A stretch of DNA of 63,348 nt, taken from a virus. Taxonomy: Duplodnaviria; Caudoviricetes. The stretch lies in the IMG/VR virus record IMGVR_UViG_3300035688_000005, positions 1 to 63,348 of that record, one strand, 5' to 3'. The notes beneath the pieces are model-generated. The model ran no database searches and had not been told where the DNA came from. It saw only the letters and a list, made by a program, of their open reading frames with translations. Positions 9,040 through 17,264 of the stretch are shown here, one piece after another; the first letter of the stretch is position 1; each line of letters begins with the position of its first letter. The position numbers were made by a program, and so were the translations under genes.

Positions 9040-9309
9040 TTAACTTCCTTCTTTCTTGCTGTAAATCAGGTTGACCTTAGAGAACTTGGAGTTCAGATAC
9101 TGGGTCATAGCGTCGAGAATGCTGGCTTTAAGTATCTCGTTCTCACCCCTTAGGGCTTCCCCCTCGGTGTTGCATTTGTCAAGGTCTTCTTTTAAGCTGA
9201 GCTTCTCTACGCCGCAGATGTTCCACTTCGTCCTGAGGTCTTCCATCTCCTTGCTCAACTGGCCCATCTCTGGGCAAAGCATCCCCCTTAGCCAATTTAT
9301 AATGTTCAT
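9040..9309 (-). CDS. coiled-coil protein resembling the N-terminus of 10804..11415 (possibly truncated)
   Basis: MNIINWLRGMLCPE vs MFDVLKWLQNLVCPE; both followed by coiled coil with DxC...AL..ENE.LK. Confidence 0.5.
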   Translation of the reverse strand: MNIINWLRGMLCPEMGQLSKEMEDLRTKWNICGVEKLSLKEDLDKCNTEGEALRGENEILKASILDAMTQYLNSKFSKVNLIYSKKEGS

Positions 9310-9377
9310 TCTCTTACCCGAAATACCAGTCTTTTTCTCTTTCTATCCGTTCTATTTCCTGCTCCAGCTTGGACTTT

Positions 9378-9584
9378 CTACCCATACTTTTTCTCCTTGT
9401 CTGATATATATGTTCTAGTAATGAATTTCAACTTGCTCTGCCAGCCTATCCTCATATTCAAGTCCACGTCGGTCACAATTTCCTTCCCAGATAACAGGTC
9501 AAGATAAAAATTCGCTACATCTTTCAAAACTTTCTCTCCTTTCTCCCAAAACATTTCTATCTCTTTTTTGTCCATCATAACCAC
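9378..9584 (-). CDS. hypothetical protein
   Basis: ORF track. Confidence 0.45.
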   Translation of the reverse strand: MVMMDKKEIEMFWEKGEKVLKDVANFYLDLLSGKEIVTDVDLNMRIGWQSKLKFITRTYISDKEKKYG

Positions 9585-9843
9585 TTGTTAATTAAATAAA
9601 TACCTTTTATCAAAAAGACCAGGGCAAACATAACTACGACTACATAAACAATCGTGGGAAGTGCTACTGCAATCACTTCTAATATCTTTTCTACTATCAT
9701 TAGACCTACTCCTAAATAAGCATTCATCGTCATCTCTGGGGATTAAAAAACTTATCAAGTTGAACACCAGATTCGGTGGCAGTTCCACATCCCACCACTA
9801 GTAGCTTTAGTAAATCTGCCATATCCGATGACGAACAACCTGT

Positions 9844-10137
9844 TTACTTTCCTATTTTTGATGCAATTTGCAATTTGGCGGGCAGTCTTCTGTAGATTGC
9901 CTTCAGTATCGTTTCAGTCAATAGAGTTATACCAGAAGCTGCTAATATCACTCCAGCTCCATCAATTGTCAGCGTTGGGTTTACTTTTATCATACCTCCA
10001 ATTATTCCGCCTATGATTGCAGTTCTTCCGAATTGTATTTTATCAAATTGCTGATTCGGAGTTTTAAGGTAACCAAAAGCAGATGCTATAGCACCACCAA
10101 CGATACCTGAGCCAATACCAATTACATATTCTATCAT
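9844..10137 (-). CDS. holin-like membrane protein
   Basis: Three Gly-rich hydrophobic segments, basic C-terminus, FD..QF.RT motif, downstream of tail genes. Confidence 0.55.
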   Translation of the reverse strand: MIEYVIGIGSGIVGGAIASAFGYLKTPNQQFDKIQFGRTAIIGGIIGGMIKVNPTLTIDGAGVILAASGITLLTETILKAIYRRLPAKLQIASKIGK

Positions 10138-10152
10138 TCATTCACCCCCTGT

Positions 10153-10758
10153 TTAGTTTTCCTTACATAAATATTTTGGATGACAATCCACACATAAGGT
10201 CTTACCATTTTTGATGCCCCATAGAGAAGCACAATTAATTGCATCCTCAACTGTTTTTATTTTATTTTCTTTTATTATTTTACTGAAAGGTTCTATATGA
10301 TGAGCTTTTAATTCGCCACCATTTTTACCGCATTTTTGACAAGTATAGTTATCCTTCTTAAAAACTTCCTTTCTCCAGTCTCTCATTTGTATAGAATTTC
10401 TGATTAAATGATTTAATTCAGTTATCCCACCTTTCCAGTTAGGGTTGTTTTCCCTCCTTGTTTTATAGTTATGTTTTCCTTTCAAAGGCGATGGTCTCCC
10501 TAAATGTGCTAATCTAATTTTTTCTCTTACTTCATCCGTCACAATATGCCCCTTTACAAAATTCCCTTTTTTGTTGGTATTCCACGGTTTAGGATTATTA
10601 GTTCTATTACCACATTTACTGTGGTCTCTCAATTGCCATATATTGTTTCCAATCATATTTTCAGCCCTCATCTTTCTTAATTCTTTTGCTTTGTTCTCTC
10701 CAAAGATTTCTTCATACGTTTTGCCTTTTCTGAGAGTCCTTTTATCAATTTTTCCCAT
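10153..10758 (-). CDS. HNH homing endonuclease (NUMOD3-type N-terminus)
   Basis: NPNWKGG...WRKEVF.KDNYTCQKCG...AHHI.PF...NGKTLCVDCH. Confidence 0.85.
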   Translation of the reverse strand: MGKIDKRTLRKGKTYEEIFGENKAKELRKMRAENMIGNNIWQLRDHSKCGNRTNNPKPWNTNKKGNFVKGHIVTDEVREKIRLAHLGRPSPLKGKHNYKTRRENNPNWKGGITELNHLIRNSIQMRDWRKEVFKKDNYTCQKCGKNGGELKAHHIEPFSKIIKENKIKTVEDAINCASLWGIKNGKTLCVDCHPKYLCKEN

Positions 10759-10803
10759 AATAGATATATTGATTTTTGGTATTTAAATATTTTTGGGATA
10801 TTC

Positions 10804-11415
10804 TCACATAACAATAAACCTAATCGGTAAATAATGCAGTCCATTCGGAGTTGTTCTTGCCTGTGCTTGTGCAAGCGTAAGGAATTCGTTAGTTTGTGGC
10901 TCTATTATCCAAATCTTCTTGTTTGAGTCAATCATTATGTTAAATGCGTGATTGTCAGACCAAGCTATTCCGAAAGCAAATGATTTTAATTCATCGCTCC
11001 AATAACCCATAAGTGCAAAAGAAAAATTATCGCAGTCGTGGTCTTCAGCTATCCACTGCCTATATCTTACTTTCGTAGCCCTTGAAAACTTGCTTGCTTC
11101 TGCAACACTTGTAAGCTGAAAGTAATCATCGCTTAAATATACCTGCGATGTTATAGATTGAAGCAAGTTCCAAGCATCATTTAATGTTATTGTCCCAAAA
11201 GATACAGCTTCTACAAGGTTAATTTGGCTTTTAAGAGCTTCGTTCTCAGCTATGAGAGCTTGCCTCGCAGCCGTGCAGTCAGTGAGCTTTACATTAGAGG
11301 AGCTAACGTCTACAAGCAAGCTGTTGTTTTGCTTCGTGAGTGCATCTACTTTGTCTCTAAGACCGCTTTCTTCAGGACAAACTAGATTTTGTAACCATTT
11401 CAAGACGTCAAACAT
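10804..11415 (-). CDS. papain/transglutaminase-like protease (agglutinin C-terminal-like), candidate lysis enzyme
   Basis: DCDNFS...HAFN...IEPQ = Cys-His-Glu triad pattern; N-terminal coiled coil. Confidence 0.65.
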   Translation of the reverse strand: MFDVLKWLQNLVCPEESGLRDKVDALTKQNNSLLVDVSSSNVKLTDCTAARQALIAENEALKSQINLVEAVSFGTITLNDAWNLLQSITSQVYLSDDYFQLTSVAEASKFSRATKVRYRQWIAEDHDCDNFSFALMGYWSDELKSFAFGIAWSDNHAFNIMIDSNKKIWIIEPQTNEFLTLAQAQARTTPNGLHYLPIRFIVM

Positions 11416-11428
11416 TTTTTCATCTCCT

Positions 11429-12091
11429 TTAAGTTGTTGCAAATAAGATAAATCTTGAACCTGCTGCTATATTTCCAATTGAAAAACTTAAATCAAAAGA
11501 TGTTATCTCTGATGCAGTGTTGTTCCATTTACCATTTACAATATACTCCCATTCTCCACCTATGTTGCAGCTTCCCCTTGACGTTATTAATTTTTCCTGA
11601 CCCGCTGCTATGCAAATAACAGTTGCTTCTGCACTTGACAAATATGGGCTGTATCCTCTACCCAAAACATAAAAGCCATAAGTTGCATTATTGTTTGAGA
11701 CGGAAGTTCCGCCGTGTTGCAAGTAATTGCTAAAATAGTTGTTACCTGTGTCGCCATTAAATCTTAGACGCAAATCCTGTCCTGTTCCACTTGTCGGTTT
11801 GCAATAGGCATAAAGATGGAAGATTCTATACGTCCCAGTCCAAGTCAAAGAAACACTTGCTAAGTCAGAGCCAAGAGTTGTATCTGCAATCCTCGCAAAA
11901 ACATCTGTTTTTCGTGTAGCGTCATTTGCACTTGTCGGTGCTCCTAAGTTTGTAAGTTTCTTTGTGTTTGCGTCAAAGTCAACCTGCCAAGTTTGAGCAG
12001 CGTTATAGGTGTCATTCAAGTCCGCAGACTTCAGAACCTCGCCTGGAACGAAGTCCGTTGCTCCTCCCAATTTCACATTTCTTATTGCAAT
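11429..12091 (-). CDS. minor tail/fibre protein, probable ATT start
   Basis: ATT GCA ATA AGA AAT GTG AAA TTG GGA gives (M)AIRNVKLGG, parallel to MAVKIIKLGG of 12761..13135; GEVL..ADLN and LRFNGDTGNNY motifs. Confidence 0.7.
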   Translation of the reverse strand: MAIRNVKLGGATDFVPGEVLKSADLNDTYNAAQTWQVDFDANTKKLTNLGAPTSANDATRKTDVFARIADTTLGSDLASVSLTWTGTYRIFHLYAYCKPTSGTGQDLRLRFNGDTGNNYFSNYLQHGGTSVSNNNATYGFYVLGRGYSPYLSSAEATVICIAAGQEKLITSRGSCNIGGEWEYIVNGKWNNTASEITSFDLSFSIGNIAAGSRFILFATT

Positions 12092-12750
12092 TATAATCCC
12101 CGCCTTAAAACTTCTTCTTTGTTGACCTGTGTTTCATTAAGAAAAATTATTTTCCATCCATATTTATTTGCTGTTTCTCCCCTTTTATTTTTCCAATTTT
12201 CAAGACCACCAGCGAATTGTTCTTTATGTTTTCTATAGAATACCTCAATCGCTATTTTCTCTCCGTTGCAGTTTATGAAATCTGGGTTTATGTTCTCTAT
12301 CCAGAATCTGCCATTTCCAACGAAGATATAGGGCAATTTTAAATTATCAATAATCTCAATCATTTTCTTTTCTAAAGAGGACGGTATTCTTCGTCTCAAT
12401 ATTTTTTTAATATATTCTGAATCTTTACAAAGTTTTAAATGACTTTCTCTCATTTTTCTCCTTGTTTCTTTGGATTTAAGTCTGCCCTTTTGAAATTCGC
12501 TTATTTTTTTTCTCGTTTCCAAAGAACGCTTAATACCTTTTAATTTTTCCTTATGCTCTTGGGTTAATAATTTGCCTTTCAAATGACTTACTTTACCTTT
12601 ATGTGTTTTGCTAAGGATTTTTCTTGTTTCTTCCGAATGCATCTTGCCACTTATCCAAGGAATCATTCCTTTTTTAAATTCCGTTTCTGGCGAATAATGT
12701 ATTCCTGCTACAAATCTTCCTTGTGAATCTCTCACATTTCTTATTGCCAT
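12091..12750 (-). CDS. homing endonuclease: NUMOD3 + Vsr-like domain
   Basis: SPETEFKKG, HSEETR repeats, PSSLE...FVGNG.FWIENINPDFINCNGEKIAIEVF. Confidence 0.8.
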   Translation of the reverse strand: MAIRNVRDSQGRFVAGIHYSPETEFKKGMIPWISGKMHSEETRKILSKTHKGKVSHLKGKLLTQEHKEKLKGIKRSLETRKKISEFQKGRLKSKETRRKMRESHLKLCKDSEYIKKILRRRIPSSLEKKMIEIIDNLKLPYIFVGNGRFWIENINPDFINCNGEKIAIEVFYRKHKEQFAGGLENWKNKRGETANKYGWKIIFLNETQVNKEEVLRRGL

Positions 12751-12760
12751 ACAGTCACCG

Positions 12761-13135
12761 TTAAATATTTGGAATCAAAGTCAAGACAGCAGATGCGATT
12801 GTTCCATCTCCACCACCTGTTAATATCTTTAAACTAATTGTTTCCCCAGATGAGATTATGTCATTAACAACCAAAATAACTCCAGCACCTGAATACCATC
12901 TGCAAGCCCTTGCTGTATCGTAATTTTTGATTGCCTTTACTTTTATACTATAAGTGAAAGGGTTAGTCCACTGAGCTAAAACAGTTCCAACACCTCCAGC
13001 ATAATACCTCTCATACTGTCCATTTAAAACAAATGTGTTTGCAGCAAGTGTTGTATCTTTTAGGTCTACTGCGTAAAGGACATCTCCATCTACCCAGTCG
13101 GCTACCCCTCCAAGTTTTATGATTTTCACTGCCAT
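12761..13135 (-). CDS. minor tail protein
   Basis: KLGG.ADWVDGDVLYA.DL N-terminal motif shared with neighbours. Confidence 0.6.
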   Translation of the reverse strand: MAVKIIKLGGVADWVDGDVLYAVDLKDTTLAANTFVLNGQYERYYAGGVGTVLAQWTNPFTYSIKVKAIKNYDTARACRWYSGAGVILVVNDIISSGETISLKILTGGGDGTIASAVLTLIPNI

Positions 13136-13145
13136 TTCAAATCAC

Positions 13146-13862
13146 CTAATATTCTTGTTCAAATATAACTTCATTTAAATTTTGAATTGCATATCCTGCG
13201 GGAGCAGATGCCCCAAGCACAAAATAAGCTGTAGCTGTGGCAGCTGTCGGTATCAAAGTTGACTCGCCCTTTTTGACTCCGTTTACATACCATTCCACTT
13301 TTTGACCAGCTTTGAATCTTAAAGCAAGGATATAAACAGGACCACTATAAGAACTGCCTATCCCGGTTTGGATAGTTGTTGCGAGGTCAACAATTGTGAG
13401 AGTAGTTCCATTATGGACTAATCCTTTCAGTGCCAACTGCATATCAGTAACAGTGCCATCCAACCTAAATCCTACAGATTTTAGCGTTGGGTCAGCTGCG
13501 GTGTTGTTATGACTAACCATAACCCAACTTTTGCTGTCTGCTGCTATTCCATAAGATGAAGTAAACATAAATCCCAAATAAAAATCTTTATTCCAATCAA
13601 AAACTTGTCCAGTCCCTAACCAAAAAATTCCATAACTTCTTATCAATTCCTTATAAGCAACTGCAGGAGTGAATCCAGTCCCAGCATAAATATGTAAAAT
13701 CCTCCATCCTTTAGTAGGAGGCTGTCCCCCAGAAGTCGTCCAATTTGTGAAATCAAATATAGGTAAAAAATCAGTGTGCTTAGTAAAAGTATCCTTAAAG
13801 TTTTGATTGACTTCGTCTGCGTTTGCCACTGTTCCGTTTACAAAAGTGTAAGGTAATGCCAT
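13146..13862 (-). CDS. tail fibre/receptor-binding protein (lectin-like beta domain)
   Basis: YTFVNGTVANADEVNQNF N-terminus; VEWYVNGV. Confidence 0.6.
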   Translation of the reverse strand: MALPYTFVNGTVANADEVNQNFKDTFTKHTDFLPIFDFTNWTTSGGQPPTKGWRILHIYAGTGFTPAVAYKELIRSYGIFWLGTGQVFDWNKDFYLGFMFTSSYGIAADSKSWVMVSHNNTAADPTLKSVGFRLDGTVTDMQLALKGLVHNGTTLTIVDLATTIQTGIGSSYSGPVYILALRFKAGQKVEWYVNGVKKGESTLIPTAATATAYFVLGASAPAGYAIQNLNEVIFEQEY

Positions 13863-13866
13863 ATCA

Positions 13867-14356
13867 TCAACTCGTTATAAAATTAATTATCTTGTCTTTC
13901 TCTTGTTTATTGTATCTCTCTAATGAGTGCCATAAGTTGTGACAATCCCTGCACAAAATTATAAGATTTTCTGGACTATTATTCTTCCAATTCTTGTCTT
14001 TGTGGTGAACATTCAATCTCCTGTTTCCTTCCTTAAAATCGCAAATCATACATTTCTTATCAAATGATTCGTATGCAATTCTCCTCGCTTCCTTATGGTA
14101 GAGAGACTTTGCATTTCCGCCTTTCCAAGTAGGGTTGTTTTCCTTTGAATTTTTGCAACTATACGAACAATATTTCGCTGTTTCTTCTCTTGCAGGTATC
14201 ACTTCAAACATCTTTCCACACCCTAAACATTTCTTTTTTATTTTATCTTTCTTGTTCCAAGCTGGTTTTCCTGTCTTCCATCTCTTTCCGAATGCTGGTT
14301 GCCTTTCTTTTGACAGACCTTTGTTCCAAGCTTTTTTGTCCTTTTTTGAATGTCAT
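13867..14356 (-). pseudogene. HNH endonuclease with +1 frameshift near 14332-14337
   Basis: MTFKKGQK then AWNKGL...CLGCGKMFEV in another frame; one extra A in an A6 run; C-terminal VHHKD.NW.NN...NL..LC..CH. Confidence 0.65.
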
Positions 14357-14390
14357 ATTTATATATTGTGATTGGTATTATTTATATTTT

Positions 14391-14780
14391 TTACGAACTG
14401 ATTTTATGTTGCCATATTATCGCAATTTCTACAGCACTTGTTTTTGTAATCCCAGTGAACACACTTCTTGAAAATAAAACAGGCGTTAAGTCCGTGTTGA
14501 ACTCTCCTGTTTCTGTTAATGTGTTTCCATTCAAATCAGTCGAAGGAATGAACCCTCTAGTTTTGATTAACTGATTTACTGTATCAAACTGCGGATATGT
14601 GGCTACATAACCATAAAAACCTCCTACTGGAGTTTGTAACGCTGTGTCCGTTACTGCTGGAGTTGCCGACCCAACACCCATTTTAAACTGTGTCACAGCA
14701 GTATTATCTGGCGTTGTTTTATACAATCTATTTAATGTCATATTTCGACCAATATTTGTGATAATATCCCCAGAACTAAT
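14391..14780 (-). CDS. baseplate/tail-fibre adaptor-like protein, probable ATT start
   Basis: GGAGGGGGT SD then ATT AGT TCT GGG GAT ATT ATC ACA AAT in frame with ORF; GVGSATP..TDTALQT, L.E.G.F, FSR.VF. Confidence 0.65.
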   Translation of the reverse strand: MSSGDIITNIGRNMTLNRLYKTTPDNTAVTQFKMGVGSATPAVTDTALQTPVGGFYGYVATYPQFDTVNQLIKTRGFIPSTDLNGNTLTETGEFNTDLTPVLFSRSVFTGITKTSAVEIAIIWQHKISS

Positions 14781-15417
14781 TTTTACCCCCTCCGTTTATC
14801 TCTTCAATATGTGTTTTCCTATGACAAGGAATGCATAAAGTTCTTCCATTATCAACATCAAATTTCAATTCTGGATTTGTATCTCTATATTTTATGTGAT
14901 GCGGATGCAAAATTTTACCTTTGATATTGCATTTCTGACAAGTATATTTGTCTCTTGCATAGACTTTTGTTCTCCATTCTTTCCACTGTTTTGATTTCCT
15001 CTCTATCTCTTTCTCTGAACTTATACCGCCTTTCCAATTGGGATTTTTTTCACCTTTCGTTCTTTCAGATGTAAATTCTGTTTTTGGACTTCTTCTTTGC
15101 CCCTTTGATGCCAAACTTACTTTTAATCTATGTTCCTTTGAGAGTTTTTTTCCTAACCAATATCTTGTAGGATTTTTTAATTTAGATTCACTAATTTTAT
15201 TTTTGGTCTCTTCAGAATGTTTCTCCCCATAAAAGGGATTATTAACCCCCCAACGAATAATTTTCTTTCTATAGTCTGGATTCCGCCAATTTTTTTTACT
15301 TGCTTCTCCTATCTTTTGTTTCGTTTCTTCAGATTGCTTTCTGCCAACATTTACCTTATTTCCATTTTTAAAGGAAAACGCATTTATAGGTTTAAGATGC
15401 CCTTTCTTGAAACTCAT
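14776..15417 (-). CDS. HNH homing endonuclease (NUMOD3)
   Basis: NPFYGEKHSEETK, NPNWKGG, RDKYTCQKC...HPHHI...NGRTLCIPCH. Confidence 0.85.
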   Translation of the reverse strand: MSFKKGHLKPINAFSFKNGNKVNVGRKQSEETKQKIGEASKKNWRNPDYRKKIIRWGVNNPFYGEKHSEETKNKISESKLKNPTRYWLGKKLSKEHRLKVSLASKGQRRSPKTEFTSERTKGEKNPNWKGGISSEKEIERKSKQWKEWRTKVYARDKYTCQKCNIKGKILHPHHIKYRDTNPELKFDVDNGRTLCIPCHRKTHIEEINGGGKN

Positions 15418-15652
15418 ATTCACCACTTTAAAGTTATAATTATTATTTATATTTTGTGATATATTAATATAATTTTCCATCAGCCCACCTCATATCCTTT
15501 TCGTTGCAGTTTTAAAATCACATCAGCTCTTATTTCTTCGTCTGACATTTCTGCATCGTAGGTAAATTGTTCCAAAGGATATTCTTCAACTTTGGCGATT
15601 TTTACCGTATCTCCGTTTTCAGTTTCCGTAATTATCTCTATCGTAACCATAA

Positions 15653-15871
15653 TCATCTCCCCATTATTATCCAATCCATTTCTCCTGTCCAATCAGTCCT
15701 GAAGGCAGGCAAAGACGTCTGGTCTGCTGGGGTAAATAAAACTCTTGGCGCTTTTGTAAAATAAACTTTAGTTCCGTCACATTTCAGGAAATTTACTTGC
15801 ACGACTTTTACATTATTGAAATAAACCGTTCCAGACAAGTAATTAGCATCTATTCCTAAAAATCTTGGCAT
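15653..15871 (-). CDS. small virion protein
   Basis: ORF track, within tail module. Confidence 0.45.
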   Translation of the reverse strand: MPRFLGIDANYLSGTVYFNNVKVVQVNFLKCDGTKVYFTKAPRVLFTPADQTSLPAFRTDWTGEMDWIIMGR

Positions 15872-16314
15872 TACACTACCTCCTCAGTAGACAATATTCC
15901 GTCATCGTCTACTATCAATCTCCATCTTTTAGTATCCGAGTTAAGTATCAATCCTTTTGTTTTATCTGTTATCTCTATGTCAACTGTTCCGACTTTATCT
16001 GCTTTACTGCTTTCTAAATTGATTAGGTCTGTATTGATTGCAATTATGCTACTATTTATGCTGGTTAAGTTTCCGTTGATGGTAACAAGTCCTTCGTTGA
16101 TTGTAGTTATACCACTATTTATGACGTCTATGTATCCGTTGATTGTAACAACAGCTACATTCAGACTCGCAACCCCAACCCCCAAAGTTGTTAAAGAATC
16201 GTTAACAGCAGATGCAAATAAGTCTATCTTGTCAGAGTTTTCATTCACATCTATATCCCAGTCAGGGTCTCCCCTCGCTGGTTTTTTCAATAATAAAAAT
16301 GTAGTGCTTGCCAT
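15871..16314 (-). CDS. coiled-coil tail fibre protein
   Basis: LLLKKP..G...W...NEN.DKID N-terminus and heptad repeats. Confidence 0.6.
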   Translation of the reverse strand: MASTTFLLLKKPARGDPDWDIDVNENSDKIDLFASAVNDSLTTLGVGVASLNVAVVTINGYIDVINSGITTINEGLVTINGNLTSINSSIIAINTDLINLESSKADKVGTVDIEITDKTKGLILNSDTKRWRLIVDDDGILSTEEVV

Positions 16315-16712
16315 CAGAACACACCTCCAAAACCTCTTTCTCCAAATCCTCCAGCTTGCCCATATCCTGTGTTAATCGGAGTGAAGTTTACTGCAAACGC
16401 CCCCTGTGCGTTTATGGATATTCTTACTGCGTCTACCAATTCCTGAGTCAATACTCCGAAGGTCAGCATAATTTGTCCCAACACAAGCTTTTCCGTTTCC
16501 AATAAAGGATTGTAAAATACCACTTTTATATCGTCTCCAGCCGAGGTTATGTAACCGTCGAGTATGTCTTCCTCGTTTTCCTTGTATACTTTCTTGTTCA
16601 TATAGAATTTTATTGCTTTTGCTATGTTAGCCATACTTATTGATTCTAAAGGCACGCTTCTAACCGAAACCTTATTAATGTCAATTTTTCCTATTGTGCA
16701 ATCAATTTCCAT
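16314..16712 (-). CDS. virion protein
   Basis: ORF track; C-terminal GYG..GFG..GFGG. Confidence 0.5.
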   Translation of the reverse strand: MEIDCTIGKIDINKVSVRSVPLESISMANIAKAIKFYMNKKVYKENEEDILDGYITSAGDDIKVVFYNPLLETEKLVLGQIMLTFGVLTQELVDAVRISINAQGAFAVNFTPINTGYGQAGGFGERGFGGVF

Positions 16713-16716
16713 ATCA

Positions 16717-17256
16717 TCACTTCTTGAATTCCGTAACTGAAAATTCAGCTACTGCATCCGCTCCGAGAGGTCCAGCCCCTCCGCATCTAACAGTTCCTGT
16801 TCCTGCCAAGACTTTCCAGCAGATTGTAAAAGTATGAGAGCCAGCAGATAGTCCTGTTATCAATCTTGTAAATGACATAGTGAATTCATCCGAAGCTGGG
16901 ACTCTAAGTCTTCTTGCCATAACTATTCCTGTAGTTGGCGGAGTTCCGTCTACAAACAAGGCAAAATCTTCAGAAGTGTTTGACGAGTTCGTTGCGTTGG
17001 CGTTAAATACAACTAAAACCGCTCCTCCAGTTGTCGTCATCGTTATCTGATAATCTGTAAGAATTACATAAGAGGTGGATGTCGTAGTTACATCTCCAGC
17101 AGTGCGTCTAACAAATTGGTGTTGCGTAACTCCAGCTAACTTCGCAGCTTGGATTTCATTATTAGGAATATCTCCATTATTTACAGTCTCAAGCTTAAGG
17201 TTCATCTTTGCAGCTTGAATCAAATCTCCTGGCGAGACCGCAGTTCCTGTTCCCAT
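16717..17256 (-). CDS. minor tail protein
   Basis: Thr/Gly-rich beta protein; TTSTSY, LSAGSHTF. Confidence 0.6.
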   Translation of the reverse strand: MGTGTAVSPGDLIQAAKMNLKLETVNNGDIPNNEIQAAKLAGVTQHQFVRRTAGDVTTTSTSYVILTDYQITMTTTGGAVLVVFNANATNSSNTSEDFALFVDGTPPTTGIVMARRLRVPASDEFTMSFTRLITGLSAGSHTFTICWKVLAGTGTVRCGGAGPLGADAVAEFSVTEFKK

Positions 17257-17264
17257 AATTCACC

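Noticed and set aside
14332-14337. Programmed frameshift or phase variation in the HNH gene
   Set aside because: Single extra base in a homopolymer; with the similar indel at 53733 it is most simply a sequencing error or decay; needs raw reads
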